NCBI GenBank assembly: GCA_003599485.1
Contig: QZKM01000006.1
Location: 2,922 to 66,921, forward strand
Length of the DNA: 64,000 nt
Reading direction: 5' to 3'
Source of the DNA: Gammaproteobacteria bacterium
Lineage (GTDB): Bacteria; Pseudomonadota; Gammaproteobacteria; SURF-13
The first letter of the stretch is position 1; each line of letters starts with the position of its first letter. The notes under the pieces were generated by a model. That model saw nothing but the letters and a program-made list of their open reading frames with translations. It did not search any database and was not told where the DNA came from. Below are positions 1-10,641 of this stretch, in pieces. Both the position numbers and the translations under genes were made by a program.

Positions 1-2
1 GC

Positions 3-206
3 GAAATCTATGCGCTCGCCCAGAGCCGGGGCATCAACCCCTATCGCTACGAAGAGCTGCCCGAGTTGATCCGCGCCATCCAGCGCGCGGAGGGCAACAG
101 CCCCTGTTTCGCCACGTTCACGGCCATTGAATGCTGCGAGCACGGTTGCCGCTGGCGCGCCGAATGCCTGATGCTGGCAGGCAAGTCGCCCCAAAACATT
201 CATTGA
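3..206 (+). CDS. 3' end of an upstream gene (partial): Cys-rich C-terminus (CF..ECCEHGCRWRAEC), product unknown
   Basis: Frame 3 is open from the window edge to TGA at 204-206. Translation ends ...NSPCFATFTAIECCEHGCRWRAECLMLAGKSPQNIH. I did not recognise a family. Confidence 0.3.
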   Translation, partial: EIYALAQSRGINPYRYEELPELIRAIQRAEGNSPCFATFTAIECCEHGCRWRAECLMLAGKSPQNIH

Positions 207-231
207 CCCATCACCGCGGAGGAGCACCATC

Positions 232-1221
232 ATGTGTAACCCTGTTATCACACCGCACCTTTACCGCACCGTGTTCGATGAAGCCACGAACGGTATCATG
301 ATCACCGATGCGCGCAACAACATCCTCTCCGTGAACCGTGCCTTTACGGAGATCACCGGCTATACCCAGGACGAGGTGGTGGGCAAGCATCCCCGCCTCT
401 TATCCGGCCGCGAGGGGACGGCGTTTTATCAAGAGCCATGGGAGGGTCCGGGTGTGAGCGGCCGCTGGCAGGGCGAGGTCTGGAACCGGCGCAAGGACGG
501 CGCGGTGTATGCGGAATGGCTGTCCATCAGCGCGGTGCGCGACGAGCAGGGTGACATCACGCACTATGTAGCTATTTTTTCCGAAATCAAGGAACATTTG
601 CCCGCTGCCGGTCAGGTGCGCCGCCTTGCGTATCACGACCCCTTGACCGGGCTGCCCAACCGCGCGCTGCTGTACGACCGCATCAACCGCTTGCTGTTGC
701 AGGCGCGCCGTGAACAGCGCCCGGTGGCGGTGCTGTTCGTTGATCTCGATTACTTCAAGGACGTGAATGATCTGTTCGGATACGCCGCGGGCGATTTGTT
801 GTTGCAGGCCGTGGCGGAGCGCCTGCAAAACTGCGTGCGCGAGACGGACACGGTGGCGCGTCTGGGCGGCGATGAGTTCGTGGTGGTGTCCGCCCTGCGG
901 CGCGCCGCGGATGCGCCGGAGGTGGCGCAGAAGATCGCCGCCGCGCTGGCGCGCCCCTTCCTCATCCATGAGCGTGAACTTTACTTGAGCGCCAGCGTGG
1001 GCGTGAGCCTGTCGCCTTGCGACGGCGAGGACGCGGAAACCCTGATCATCGCCGCCGATCTGACGATGTATCAAGCCAAGCAGGAAGGCGGCGGCTACCG
1101 CTTGCGCAGCGCCCGCGCCCTGGAGCAGGCGAGCGAGGAGGCGGTGTCCGTGGAACGGATCCCGGCGTTCCTCATTTCTGAGGACGGAGGACTGAAGACA
1201 GAGAAGCGATCCGTATACTGA
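232..1221 (+). CDS. PAS-domain diguanylate cyclase (PAS + GGDEF)
   Basis: The N-terminal PAS-like region reads ITDARNNILSVNRAFTEITGY. The C-terminal GGDEF domain has an intact RLGGDEFVV motif and a D-x-LTGL-NR region. Confidence 0.8.
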   Translation: MCNPVITPHLYRTVFDEATNGIMITDARNNILSVNRAFTEITGYTQDEVVGKHPRLLSGREGTAFYQEPWEGPGVSGRWQGEVWNRRKDGAVYAEWLSISAVRDEQGDITHYVAIFSEIKEHLPAAGQVRRLAYHDPLTGLPNRALLYDRINRLLLQARREQRPVAVLFVDLDYFKDVNDLFGYAAGDLLLQAVAERLQNCVRETDTVARLGGDEFVVVSALRRAADAPEVAQKIAAALARPFLIHERELYLSASVGVSLSPCDGEDAETLIIAADLTMYQAKQEGGGYRLRSARALEQASEEAVSVERIPAFLISEDGGLKTEKRSVY

Positions 1222-1235
1222 AGACAGTCTTCCAA

Positions 1236-1970
1236 TCAGCCCCTCAGCCTCTTCAAGGCGGCGGGGTCCTTGATTTCAACGTCCTTGTGCTGCACGCTGA
1301 TCAAGCCGTCTTTTTGAAACCTGGAGAACAGGCGGCTCACCGTTTCCAGGGTGAGCCCCAGATAGTTGCCGATTTCCTCGCGCGTCATGCGCAGATAAAA
1401 GTGGCTGGGTGAATAGCCGCGCTTGGCGAAGCGCTGCGACAGGCCAAGCAAAAAGGCCGCCAGGCGCTGCTCCGCCTTCATGCCGCCCAGCATGAGCATG
1501 TGCCGTTCTTCTTCCATGATCTCGCGGCTCATGAGGCGGTGGAAGTGATGCTGCAAAGCGGGGAGGCGGCTGGCGAGCTTTTCCAGATCGTTAAAGGGCA
1601 CCTCGCACACCGTGCTGTCCTCCAGCGCCACCGCGTGATACTGGTGCTGATCGGTGCTGATCGCATCCATGCCCATCAGCTCGCCCAGCATGTAAAAGCC
1701 GATGATCTTTTCCTCGCCCTCGGCGTTGGATTCCACGATCTTGAAGAAGCCGTTGCGGATCGCGTACAGGGATTGAAAGGGGTCGCCCGCGCGGTAAAGG
1801 TATTCGCCGCGCCGCAGGCGCTGGCGGCGGCCGTCCAGAAGGCTGTCCAGGCGCGCCGTATCATCCGCGCCCAGGCCCATGGGCAGGCACAGCTCATGCA
1901 GGCTGCAACTGGAACAGGTGGCCTTGAGGTTGGCGAGGCTGACCTTGATGGGTATGGATTGCAGCGGCAT
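1236..1970 (-). CDS. fnr: FNR/ANR-type oxygen-sensing Crp family transcriptional regulator
   Basis: 244 aa. The N-terminal Cys cluster C-x2-C-x5-C (CSSCSLHELC) plus the internal Cys in STVCEVPF match the FNR [4Fe-4S] ligand pattern. A cNMP-binding fold and a C-terminal HTH (REEIGNYLGLTLETVSR) are present. Confidence 0.85.
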   Translation of the reverse strand: MPLQSIPIKVSLANLKATCSSCSLHELCLPMGLGADDTARLDSLLDGRRQRLRRGEYLYRAGDPFQSLYAIRNGFFKIVESNAEGEEKIIGFYMLGELMGMDAISTDQHQYHAVALEDSTVCEVPFNDLEKLASRLPALQHHFHRLMSREIMEEERHMLMLGGMKAEQRLAAFLLGLSQRFAKRGYSPSHFYLRMTREEIGNYLGLTLETVSRLFSRFQKDGLISVQHKDVEIKDPAALKRLRG

Positions 1971-2050
1971 GGCGCCCCCTTTTGTTTAATGGTACTCCAC
2001 TACTGTGACAAGTTAAATCAATGAACGTCACGATTTAGACTCATTATAGA

Positions 2051-2671
2051 TCAGAATTCCTCAGCCGCGGTAAAACGGCCGCGCTTGAGGAAGGCGCAGA
2101 CGTAACGCGCCGCGCGTGCGGAAAACAGCAGCGCGGTGTGAGAGGCGCCCACCACCCGCGTATCGCCTGCGCCAGGCAGGTGCGTCTCGGCTACCGCCAC
2201 CGTGCCATCATTGGGGCGCGCGATGCCGGGAATCAGCCAGCCGAGGCCGAAGTTGAGATTGCCCGCAATCACCCCGGTCTCCCTGCCAGCGGGCGCGAGG
2301 GCCAGGCCGTGCGCCAGGGCGGGCAGCGCCGCGCCAAGCAACCGGCTCCCGATGCGCGTTCCGGCCAGCCGGCGCGCGGCAAAGCTGCCCTGATGGGGCG
2401 TGCCCAGCGTCACGATGCGCCCCGGCCGCTGCCCGGGATGCTCTTTAAACAATTGCAAAATCAACAAACCGCCCAGGCTGTGGCCGACGAAGTGCACCGT
2501 TTCGCCCGGCACGCGGCTTAAAAATTCCTGCAATTGCGCGGCGTTCCCGGCCAGGGTGCGCGCGCTGGAGGGATAGGAATAACACACACAGCGGTAACCA
2601 CAACGCCGCAGGCGCCGTTGCAGGCAGGCCATGGCCCAGGCTCCCAGCCACAGGCCGTGCACCAATACCAC
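2051..2671 (-). CDS. alpha/beta-hydrolase fold protein (GHSLGG serine hydrolase)
   Basis: Nucleophile elbow GHSLGG and VLVHGLW at the N-terminus. The ORF extends to 2767 but then overlaps the nadA 3' end by 70 nt. A GTG/TTG start at VVLV (around 2671) avoids the overlap; the exact start is uncertain. Confidence 0.55.
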   Translation of the reverse strand: MVLVHGLWLGAWAMACLQRRLRRCGYRCVCYSYPSSARTLAGNAAQLQEFLSRVPGETVHFVGHSLGGLLILQLFKEHPGQRPGRIVTLGTPHQGSFAARRLAGTRIGSRLLGAALPALAHGLALAPAGRETGVIAGNLNFGLGWLIPGIARPNDGTVAVAETHLPGAGDTRVVGASHTALLFSARAARYVCAFLKRGRFTAAEEF

Positions 2672-2696
2672 CGTTTCGGTTTCCCTGCCGATGGGG

Positions 2697-3812
2697 TCAG
2701 GCACGTAAGGATTTGAGCGGCGGGGGCTGACTGACGGCCAGCATGCGCTCGATGGCGCGGCGCGCACGCGGGATAAGTGCGGCGGGCACCTCGACCCGCG
2801 GGCTCAGGGTGCGCAGCGAGTCGAGTATCCTGGGCAGGGTAATCTTCTGCATATAGGGGCACAGCACGCACGGACGCACGAAATCCACTCCGGGGTTTTC
2901 CGCCGCCACGTTGTCCGCCATCGCGCACTCGGTGACCATGAGCACCTTGGCCGCGTGTGCGCTCTGCACGTCGGCGATCATCTTGGAGGTGGAGCCGACG
3001 AAGTCCGCCTCGGCGCACACCTCCGGCGGCGCCTCCGGATGCGCCAGCACGCGCACGCCGGGGAACTGCGCGCGCAGGGTGCGAATGTGCTCAGGGGTAA
3101 AGCGTTCGTGCACGATACAGGTTCCGTGCCAGGCGATGATTTTGATTTTAGTCTGTTGCGCGACGTTGGCGGCGAGGTAATGGTCGGGCAGGAAGATCAC
3201 GCGCTCGCTGCTGAACGAGCGCGCCGCTTCCTCCACGATGCGTGCGGCATTGCTGGAGGTGCAGCAGTAATCCGACTCGGCCTTGACCTCGGCCGAGGTA
3301 TTCACGTAGCTCACCACCGGCGCGCCGGGATAGCGTTCCTTTAACAGGCGCACGTCGGCGCCGGTAATGCTCTCGGCCAGCGAGCAGCCCGCTTCTTTAT
3401 CAGGGATCAGCACGGTGCGATCCGGCGCCAGCACCTTCACCGTCTCGGCCATGAAGTGCACGCCGCACATCACTACGATAGGCGCTTCATCGGGACCAAG
3501 CGCGGCGGCGCGCCGCGCCAGCTCCAGCGAATCGCCCACGTAATCGGCTACGCCGTAATAGATGTCCGGCGTCTGATAATTGTGCGCCAATATCAGCGCG
3601 CGCCTTTCTTTTTTAAGCCGGTTGATTTCATGCACCAGCGGCGCCTTGAGCAGCCAGTCCACGTCGCTGATCAGGCCGTGAATCTTTTCCCACACCGGCT
3701 GCGTGGCGCGCGCCACTTCATCGGTGTAGCGCTCGTCACGATAAGCCAGCACCGGCGCGCCGCCACGCCGGCCTGCGGTAACGCGCGTCACGACGGGATC
3801 GGTGATGCTCAT
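2697..3812 (-). CDS. nadA: quinolinate synthase NadA
   Basis: 371 aa with the conserved NadA blocks (MCGVHFMAE, FLPDHYL, three Cys ligands). Confidence 0.85.
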   Translation of the reverse strand: MSITDPVVTRVTAGRRGGAPVLAYRDERYTDEVARATQPVWEKIHGLISDVDWLLKAPLVHEINRLKKERRALILAHNYQTPDIYYGVADYVGDSLELARRAAALGPDEAPIVVMCGVHFMAETVKVLAPDRTVLIPDKEAGCSLAESITGADVRLLKERYPGAPVVSYVNTSAEVKAESDYCCTSSNAARIVEEAARSFSSERVIFLPDHYLAANVAQQTKIKIIAWHGTCIVHERFTPEHIRTLRAQFPGVRVLAHPEAPPEVCAEADFVGSTSKMIADVQSAHAAKVLMVTECAMADNVAAENPGVDFVRPCVLCPYMQKITLPRILDSLRTLSPRVEVPAALIPRARRAIERMLAVSQPPPLKSLRA

Positions 3813-3857
3813 AAAAATTAGACAATGCCTCCGCCGGGAAGTGGCTTGGCGGCTGAT

Positions 3858-5639
3858 TCAAGCCTTCCCTGGCTGGCGCAGGCGGATATGCAGTTCGCGC
3901 AGTTGCGCCTCGCCGGTCGGCGTGGGCGCGCCGGTGAGCGGGCAGGCGGCGGTTTGCGTCTTGGGGAAGGCGATCACCTCGCGGATGGACTGGCTGCCGG
4001 TCATCAGCATCACCAGGCGGTCCAGGCCGAAGGCGATGCCGCCGTGCGGCGGCGCGCCGTACTTCAACGCCTCCAGCAGGAAGCCGAATTTTTCCCCGGC
4101 CTCTTCCGCGCCGATGCCGAGTAATTTAAACACCGCGCTTTGCATTTCCGGTTTGTGGATGCGCACCGAGCCGCCGCCGAGCTCGGTGCCGTTCAGCACC
4201 ATGTCATAGGCGCGCGACAGGCAGGCGCCTGGGTTCTGCTCCAGCGCGGCGACGTCATCCGTCTTGGGCGCGGTGAACGGGTGATGCAGCGCCTGCCAGC
4301 GCTGATCGTCATCCGAGCGCTCGAACAGGGGGAAATCGGTGACCCAGAGCGGACGAAATCCGTGCTCGATCAGTCCACGGTCATGGCCGAGCTTCACGCG
4401 CAGCGCGCCGAGCGAGTCGTTGACGACCTTGGCGCTGTCCGCGCCGAAGAAGATGAGATCGCCGGTTTGCGCGCGCGTGCGCCGCATGATCTCCGCAATC
4501 ACTTCATCGGGCAGAAACTTGAGTATCGGCGACTGCAAGCCCTCCCGCCCAAGCGCCGCGTCATTCACCTTGATGTAAGCCAGCCCTTTCGCCCCGTGCG
4601 CGGCGACGAACTGGGTGTAGTCGTCTATCTCCTTGCGCGTGAGCGCGCCGCCGCCCGGGACGTTGAGCGCCGCGACGCGGCCCCTGGAGTCACTGGCGGG
4701 CGCGGCGAATACCTTGAACTCCACGTCGCGCATCAAATCGCCCACGTCCACCAGTTCCATCGGAACGCGCAGGTCGGGTTTGTCCACGCCGTAGCGGCGC
4801 ATGGCGTCAAAGTGGCTCATGCGCGGGAACGGGTTGGGCAGCGCGACTTCAAGAGTCTTGGCGAACAGTTCGCGCATCATCTGCTCCATCAGCGTCATGA
4901 TCTCGTTCTCATCCATGAACGAGGTCTCGATGTCGAGCTGGGTGAATTCCGGCTGGCGGTCGGCGCGCAGGTCTTCGTCGCGGAAGCAGCGCGCGAACTG
5001 ATAGTAACGTTCGAACCCCGACATCATCAGCAGTTGCTTGAACAACTGCGGCGACTGCGGCAGGGCGAAGAAGCTCCCTGAGTGGGTGCGGCTCGGCACC
5101 AGGTAATCGCGCGCGCCTTCCGGCGTGGCCTTGGTGAGGCACGGCGTTTCCATGTCGAGGAAGCCGTGCGCGTCGAGAAATTCGCGCAATTGACGGGTAA
5201 TGCGCGCGCGCAGGCGCAGGCGCGTGGCCATCTCCGGGCGGCGCAGGTCAATGTAGCGGAAGCGCAGGCGCGTCTCTTCGCCCACGCCGTCTTCATCAAG
5301 CTGGAACGGCAACGGCTGCGCGCCGTTCAGGATTTCCAGTTGTTCACACAGCACTTCCACCTCGCCGCTCGGCAGATTGGCGTTTTCCGTGCCGCCGGGC
5401 CGGCGGCGCACCTGGCCGGTGACGCGCAATACATATTCGTTGCGCACCCGTTCCGCGAGGTGAAAGGTGTCCGCGTTGGCCGGATCGAACACCGTCTGAG
5501 CGATGCCTTCGCGGTCGCGCAGGTCCACGAAGATCACGCCGCCGTGATCGCGGCGCCTGTTGGCCCAGCCGCACAGCGTCACCCGCTGTCCGATGTGCGC
5601 GGCATTGAGTGTTCCGCAGGGATGGGTGCGCATGCTCAT
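3858..5639 (-). CDS. aspS: aspartate--tRNA ligase
   Basis: 593 aa. N-terminal anticodon-binding OB fold ([26 protein letters not shown]) and class II aaRS motifs ([27 protein letters not shown]). Confidence 0.95.
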   Translation of the reverse strand: MSMRTHPCGTLNAAHIGQRVTLCGWANRRRDHGGVIFVDLRDREGIAQTVFDPANADTFHLAERVRNEYVLRVTGQVRRRPGGTENANLPSGEVEVLCEQLEILNGAQPLPFQLDEDGVGEETRLRFRYIDLRRPEMATRLRLRARITRQLREFLDAHGFLDMETPCLTKATPEGARDYLVPSRTHSGSFFALPQSPQLFKQLLMMSGFERYYQFARCFRDEDLRADRQPEFTQLDIETSFMDENEIMTLMEQMMRELFAKTLEVALPNPFPRMSHFDAMRRYGVDKPDLRVPMELVDVGDLMRDVEFKVFAAPASDSRGRVAALNVPGGGALTRKEIDDYTQFVAAHGAKGLAYIKVNDAALGREGLQSPILKFLPDEVIAEIMRRTRAQTGDLIFFGADSAKVVNDSLGALRVKLGHDRGLIEHGFRPLWVTDFPLFERSDDDQRWQALHHPFTAPKTDDVAALEQNPGACLSRAYDMVLNGTELGGGSVRIHKPEMQSAVFKLLGIGAEEAGEKFGFLLEALKYGAPPHGGIAFGLDRLVMLMTGSQSIREVIAFPKTQTAACPLTGAPTPTGEAQLRELHIRLRQPGKA

Positions 5640-6283
5640 GATCCAAGGGAGTCCCGTTCAGGTTTAGGCGGCTCGGCCTGGCCGCGCCACGGCGGCACCA
5701 CCACGCCCAGCGAGATGACCATCTTGATGGCGTCGTCCACGCTCATGTCCATTTCAATCACGTCGCGGCGCGGCACCATAAGGATAAATCCTGAAGTCGG
5801 GTTGGGTGTGGTGGGGACGAATACGGGGATAAGGTCCTCACCGGTGCGGCTTTTCGCTTCAGCCGAACCCGCGGCGGTTTGAAACGCGATGCACCACAGT
5901 CCGCGGCGCGGATATTCGACCAGCAGCACCTTGCGGAACGCAAGGCCGCCGGGTTTAAACAGGGTCTCCGACACCTGCTTGGTGCCGGAGTAGATTGAGC
6001 GCACCAGCGGGATGCGCGCCAGCAAGCCTTCCCACATTTCCACCAGCCGGCGCCCGAAAAGATTGGCCGCCAGCATGCCGGTGCCGAGCACAATCACGAT
6101 GGACAGCAACACGCCCAGGCCCGGCAGGTGGAAGCCGAGCAGCGTGTCCGGGTGATAGGCGGCGGGCAGCACCAGCAGGATACCATCCAGCAAGTCCACC
6201 ACCATGTTGATGACCAGGATGGTGACTCCGAGCGGAATCCAGATCATCAGTCCGGCGATGAGATAACGGCGCGTGTGGGTCAT
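5636..6283 (-). CDS. DUF502-family membrane protein
   Basis: 215 aa with two N-terminal TM helices and a DUF502-like N-terminus ([21 protein letters not shown]). There is a 4-nt overlap with the aspS start. Confidence 0.55.
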   Translation of the reverse strand: MTHTRRYLIAGLMIWIPLGVTILVINMVVDLLDGILLVLPAAYHPDTLLGFHLPGLGVLLSIVIVLGTGMLAANLFGRRLVEMWEGLLARIPLVRSIYSGTKQVSETLFKPGGLAFRKVLLVEYPRRGLWCIAFQTAAGSAEAKSRTGEDLIPVFVPTTPNPTSGFILMVPRRDVIEMDMSVDDAIKMVISLGVVVPPWRGQAEPPKPERDSLGS

Positions 6284-6292
6284 GACCGGTTT

Positions 6293-6625
6293 TCAGGCGG
6301 CCCCGGAGGAGGGTTTGGCGGTATTTCCCGTCTGCGCGCCGGCGGTTGCGGCTTTGGCCTCGCCTGCGGGCTTGGCGGCGCCTGCTTTGTCAGCGCTGGC
6401 TGGTTTGGAGGTCTCGCCGCCGGCATCAGGCTTTTTCCTGCCCATGCCTTTAAAGTCGGTTTGATACCAGCCGCCGCCCTTCAATTGAAACGAGGGCGCG
6501 GAAATCATTTTTTGCAACGCGGATTTGCCGCACTCCGGGCAATCGGTGAGCGGCGCGTCGCTGAATTTCTGGATCACCTCCAGCCGGTGGCCGCAGGCGC
6601 TGCATTGGTATTCGTAAATGGGCAT
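6293..6625 (-). CDS. FmdB-family zinc-ribbon protein with low-complexity Ala/Lys/Pro C-terminal tail
   Basis: MPIYEYQCSACGHRLEV...CPECG is the classic FmdB CxxC...CxxC ribbon. Confidence 0.7.
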   Translation of the reverse strand: MPIYEYQCSACGHRLEVIQKFSDAPLTDCPECGKSALQKMISAPSFQLKGGGWYQTDFKGMGRKKPDAGGETSKPASADKAGAAKPAGEAKAATAGAQTGNTAKPSSGAA

Positions 6626-6686
6626 GATTCAACGTATGAAAATACAGATACAAAATCAACGTTCCATTATACGTTAAAATGGCCGC

Positions 6687-8516
6687 ATGCGTACCACCAC
6701 CGCCTCGCCTGCCGCCACGCGCTACGAGTGGCAGACCATCCGCACGCTGATCCCGTATCTGTGGGAGTTCCGCTCCCGCGTGGTGTTCGCCATGCTGCTG
6801 CTGGTGCTGGCCAAGCTCGCCACCGTCGCGGTGCCGCTGGCGCTCAAGCAGATCGTGGACGCCCTGGATGTGGCGCGCCAGCCGCTGCTGATTCTGCCGC
6901 TCGGCCTGCTCGCCGGTTACGGCCTGCTGCGTCTGGCCAGCGCCCTGTTCGGCGAACTGCGCGACGCGATATTCGCCAAGGTCACGCAACGCGCCATGCG
7001 CCGCGTGGCGCTGCAAGTGTTCCGCCACCTGCACGCGCTCGCGCTGCGCTTTCACCTGGAGCGCCAGACCGGCGGGCTGTCGCGCGACATCGAGCGCGGC
7101 ACGCGCGGCATCACGTTTCTGCTCTCATTCATGCTGTTCAACATCCTGCCCACGCTGTTGGAGATCGGGCTGGTCACCGGCATCCTGCTCATATATTACG
7201 ACGTGTGGTACGCGCTCATCACCTTCATCACTCTGATTGTTTATGCCGCGTTTACCTTTCTCATCACCGAGTGGCGCATGAACATCGTGCGCGAGAAAAA
7301 TGAGCTCGATTCCAGGGCCAACACCAGGGCGATAGACAGCCTGCTCAACTACGAAACCGTCAAGTATTTCGGCAATGAGGACTACGAGGCGCGCCGTTAC
7401 GACGAACAGATGGCGGTGCTGGAGCGCGCCTCGGTGCGCAACCAGACCTCGCTCGCCGCGCTCAACTTCGGCCAGAGCGCGATCATCGCCGTGGGCGTGA
7501 CCTTGCTCATGATCCTCGCCGCGCAGGGCGTGGTGCAGGGCAAGCTCACGCTGGGTGATCTGGTGCTGGTGAACGCCTTCCTGATCCAGTTGTTTCTGCC
7601 GCTCAATTTTCTCGGCTTCGTGTACCGCGAAATCAAGAACTCGCTCGCCGACATGGAGCGCATGTTCAGCCTGCTGCGCCGTGAAACCGACATCCAGGAC
7701 CCTCCCGGCGCGCCCGCCCTCAACGTGGGCGCGGGCGCGGTGCGTTTCGAGCGCGTGAACTTCGGCTACGACGCCGATCGCCAGATACTGTTTGACGTGG
7801 ACTTCGAGATTCCGCCCGGGCGCAAGGTAGCGGTGGTGGGGCCGAGCGGCGCGGGCAAATCCACGCTCTCGCGCCTGTTGTTCCGGTTTTACGACGTCAC
7901 GGGCGGGCGCATCCTCATCAACGGCCAGGACATCCGCGGCGTCACGCAGCAAAGCCTGCGCGCAGCCATCGGTATCGTGCCGCAGGACACGGTGCTGTTC
8001 AATGACACCATTTATTACAACATCGCCTACGCCAGGCCCGATGCGGCGCACGAAGAGATCGTGCGCGCCGCGCGGCTGGCGCACATCCATGATTTTATCG
8101 AGTCCCTGCCCAGGGGTTACGACACCGTGGTGGGCGAGCGCGGTCTGAAATTGTCCGGCGGCGAGAAGCAGCGCGTGGCGATAGCGCGCACCATTCTGAA
8201 AGCCCCGCGGATACTCATCTTCGACGAGGCCACCTCGGCGCTCGACACGCAATCCGAACAGGCGATTTTAAACGCGCTGGCCGAGGTCGCCGCCGACCAC
8301 ACCACGCTGGTCATCGCGCACCGTTTGTCCACGGTGATAGACGCCGATGAAATCCTGGTTTTGGAGCAGGGGCGCATCGTGGAGCGCGGCACGCACCGTG
8401 CATTGCTCGCGCAGAACGCGATCTACGCGCGCATGTGGGCCTTGCAGCAGGAGGAGCGGCGCCGTATCGAACAGATCCATCAGCCTGATACAGCCCTGGG
8501 GCATGCGCATGGCTAA
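6687..8516 (+). CDS. ABC transporter, fused permease/ATP-binding protein (ABCB/Atm1-like exporter)
   Basis: 609 aa with six predicted N-terminal TM helices. Walker A GPSGAGKST, ABC signature LSGGEKQRVAIAR, Walker B ILIFDEATSALD and H-loop are all present. Confidence 0.85.
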   Translation: MRTTTASPAATRYEWQTIRTLIPYLWEFRSRVVFAMLLLVLAKLATVAVPLALKQIVDALDVARQPLLILPLGLLAGYGLLRLASALFGELRDAIFAKVTQRAMRRVALQVFRHLHALALRFHLERQTGGLSRDIERGTRGITFLLSFMLFNILPTLLEIGLVTGILLIYYDVWYALITFITLIVYAAFTFLITEWRMNIVREKNELDSRANTRAIDSLLNYETVKYFGNEDYEARRYDEQMAVLERASVRNQTSLAALNFGQSAIIAVGVTLLMILAAQGVVQGKLTLGDLVLVNAFLIQLFLPLNFLGFVYREIKNSLADMERMFSLLRRETDIQDPPGAPALNVGAGAVRFERVNFGYDADRQILFDVDFEIPPGRKVAVVGPSGAGKSTLSRLLFRFYDVTGGRILINGQDIRGVTQQSLRAAIGIVPQDTVLFNDTIYYNIAYARPDAAHEEIVRAARLAHIHDFIESLPRGYDTVVGERGLKLSGGEKQRVAIARTILKAPRILIFDEATSALDTQSEQAILNALAEVAADHTTLVIAHRLSTVIDADEILVLEQGRIVERGTHRALLAQNAIYARMWALQQEERRRIEQIHQPDTALGHAHG

Positions 8517-9183
8517 CCTGCGCCTGCCTTTTTCCGGACGGGTGCTGCTGTTTATCTTTCTCGTCGCCTTTTTGCTGACTTTCGTCCAGATCGGTATTTT
8601 GACCATCGCCTTTGAGAAACTCGGTCTGTCACAGCGTTCGGCGTTTCTGTTGCTGCTCACGGCGCTCATGGGCAGCGCAATCAATCTGCCCCTGTTTCGC
8701 GTCAAGTCAGAGCCGCTGGACCCGGAAACTGTTCCAGAGCCGCTGCGCGAACTGGTGCGCCGCAGCATGCGCGACTTCAAGGGCGTCACCGTGATCGCGG
8801 TCAACGTGGGCGGCTGCCTCATCCCGCTCACGTTTTCTTTTTACCTCATGCGCCATAGCGCGCTTGCCGTCATGGACATGGTGCTTGCCACCCTTGTGGT
8901 GACGATACTATGCCGCGCATTGAGCCGTCCCATGCCGGGCGTGGGTATTGCGCTGCCGGTCTTTATCGCTCCGGTCGCAGCGGCGCTCGCCGCCCTGTTG
9001 CTGGATACGCAAAACAGCGCGCCGCTGGCCTACATCTCCGGCACGCTCGGCGTATTGATCGGCGCCGACCTGTTGCGCCTCGGCGATATAAGAAAAATGG
9101 GCACGCCCGTCGCCTCCATCGGCGGCGCGGGCAGTTTCGACGGCATCTTTCTCACCGGCCTGGTGGCGGTGCTGCTGGCGTGA
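8503..9183 (+). CDS. polytopic inner-membrane protein of unknown function (possibly DUF1614-like)
   Basis: About 226 aa and very hydrophobic. The ATG overlaps the ABC gene stop (ATGCGCATGGCTAA). The family assignment is tentative. Confidence 0.45.
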   Translation: MRMANLRLPFSGRVLLFIFLVAFLLTFVQIGILTIAFEKLGLSQRSAFLLLLTALMGSAINLPLFRVKSEPLDPETVPEPLRELVRRSMRDFKGVTVIAVNVGGCLIPLTFSFYLMRHSALAVMDMVLATLVVTILCRALSRPMPGVGIALPVFIAPVAAALAALLLDTQNSAPLAYISGTLGVLIGADLLRLGDIRKMGTPVASIGGAGSFDGIFLTGLVAVLLA

Positions 9184-10067
9184 ACAGCGTGCTCATCACC
9201 GGCTGTTCCAGCGGCATCGGTTTATGCCTGGCCGAGGGGCTGCATGCGCGCGGCTGGCGCGTGTTCGCCGCCGCGCGCAAGCCCAACGACGTGCAAAAGC
9301 TCATCGCGCAAGACATGGAAAGCCTGCGCCTCGATCTGGATGACTCCGAATCCATCCAGGACGCCGTGCGCGAAATCCTGCAACGCACGGGCGGACGGCT
9401 GGACGCGCTCATCAACAACGGCGCTTACGGCCAGCCGGGCGCGGTGGAAGATTTACGGCGCGACGTGATCCGCACGCAGTTTGAAACCAATCTGTTCGGT
9501 TTACTGGAACTGACCAACCTGATTATTCCCGTGATGCGCAAGCAGGGCAGCGGGCGCATCATTAATATCAGCTCGCTGCTCGGTTTTGTCGCGCTGCCGT
9601 ATCGCGGCGCGTACAACGCCAGCAAATACGCCCTGGAAGGGTTGACCGACACACTGCGCCTGGAACTGAACGGCAGCGGGATTTCCGTATCGCTGATCGA
9701 GTGCGGTCCCATCACCAGCCGATTCCGCGCCAACGCCTACGCCATGTACAAGAAAAACATCAATCCACAACACAGCGCGCACCGGAATATTTACGCCGCG
9801 CTGGAACGCCGCCTCACCAAACCCGGTCCCGCCGCCCCGTTCACCCTGCCGCCGCAGGCGGTGCTGAAAAAAGTCCTGCGCGCGCTGGAAACCCCGCACC
9901 CCAGAGCGCGTTACTTCGTCACCGCGCCCAGCCATTTTTTTGCGTTGCTGAAGCGCCTGCTGCCCGCCCGTGCACTGGACTGGGTGCTGCGCCGCGTGTC
10001 GCAGGGTGAACTGAACCAGCCTCGGAGAAAGAACCCTCCCCTTGGCGGGGAGGGAAAGCAGGAGTGA
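9180..10067 (+). CDS. short-chain dehydrogenase/reductase (SDR) family oxidoreductase
   Basis: The GTG start overlaps the previous stop (GTGA). TGxxxGIG cofactor motif (ITGCSSGIG), NNGA and YxxxK (YNASKYAL) are present. Confidence 0.8.
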   Translation: MNSVLITGCSSGIGLCLAEGLHARGWRVFAAARKPNDVQKLIAQDMESLRLDLDDSESIQDAVREILQRTGGRLDALINNGAYGQPGAVEDLRRDVIRTQFETNLFGLLELTNLIIPVMRKQGSGRIINISSLLGFVALPYRGAYNASKYALEGLTDTLRLELNGSGISVSLIECGPITSRFRANAYAMYKKNINPQHSAHRNIYAALERRLTKPGPAAPFTLPPQAVLKKVLRALETPHPRARYFVTAPSHFFALLKRLLPARALDWVLRRVSQGELNQPRRKNPPLGGEGKQE

Positions 10068-10070
10068 ATA

Positions 10071-10550
10071 TCAGTCGCGCAATTTGCTGAACACGTATTG
10101 GCTTTTTTCCTCCGGCTTGTGGCACGCAAAGCAGGATTGGCCGCCGTCCTTGGTCAGGCGCTCTGTTTTGCTGTTGCCGGCGAAGCCTTCGAAGCCCCAG
10201 CCGCCGGTGTCCTTGAAGCGTTTGGCGTCGCGCTGCATCACGCCGATGAGCTTGCGCTCGCCTTCCTGCAGGGCGTTGCCGCCTTCGTTGTACTTCAATA
10301 GATCAAACACGATTACCGCGCCGTCAGGGTAGTTGCCGGTCTTCAGGCCCTGCACGGCCTTTTTGTTGGCGTACACGTGGTGGATGCCGCCGAACGGATT
10401 TTCCAGCGGGTGGCCGGGCTGAATCACCATGCTTTTTACGTGATGCCAGTCGCGGTAGCCCTTGGGATAGGCCACCTCGGCGGCCAGCGCCGTGCCGGAG
10501 AAAGTCAGGCCGAGCAGGCCCAGGATAAATGCTTTAACGAGTTGGTTCAT
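10071..10550 (-). CDS. cytochrome P460 / cytochrome c'-beta family haem protein, periplasmic
   Basis: 159 aa with a signal peptide (LLGLTFSGTALAA). The single C-terminal CxxCH motif (CFACHK) and overall size and pattern are typical of P460-fold proteins. Confidence 0.7.
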   Translation of the reverse strand: MNQLVKAFILGLLGLTFSGTALAAEVAYPKGYRDWHHVKSMVIQPGHPLENPFGGIHHVYANKKAVQGLKTGNYPDGAVIVFDLLKYNEGGNALQEGERKLIGVMQRDAKRFKDTGGWGFEGFAGNSKTERLTKDGGQSCFACHKPEEKSQYVFSKLRD

Positions 10551-10571
10551 TGTGGCGTCCTCCGTTTATTG

Positions 10572-10586
10572 GTATCGAGACGATAC
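10572..10586. promoter_or_regulatory. perfect 6-3-6 inverted repeat GTATCGAGACGATAC (operator candidate, copy 1)
   Basis: Lies in the 91-bp divergent intergenic region between the P460 gene and marR, 22 bp upstream of the P460 start codon. An identical second copy is at 10618-10632. Confidence 0.45.
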
Positions 10587-10617
10587 TTTATGGCTGCGGC
10601 CGGGATTTGTCAATACC

Positions 10618-10632
10618 GTATCGAGACGATAC
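10618..10632. promoter_or_regulatory. perfect 6-3-6 inverted repeat GTATCGAGACGATAC (operator candidate, copy 2)
   Basis: Identical to the copy at 10572-10586 and 10 bp upstream of the marR ATG. The two copies are 46 bp apart centre to centre, as expected for MarR dimers. Confidence 0.45.
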
Positions 10633-10641
10633 TATAGAGCC

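Noticed and set aside
4140-5882. Several 250-310-aa plus-strand ORFs overlapping aspS
   Set aside because: Antisense to a highly conserved aspS. Arg/Ala-rich composition typical of GC-rich spurious ORFs.
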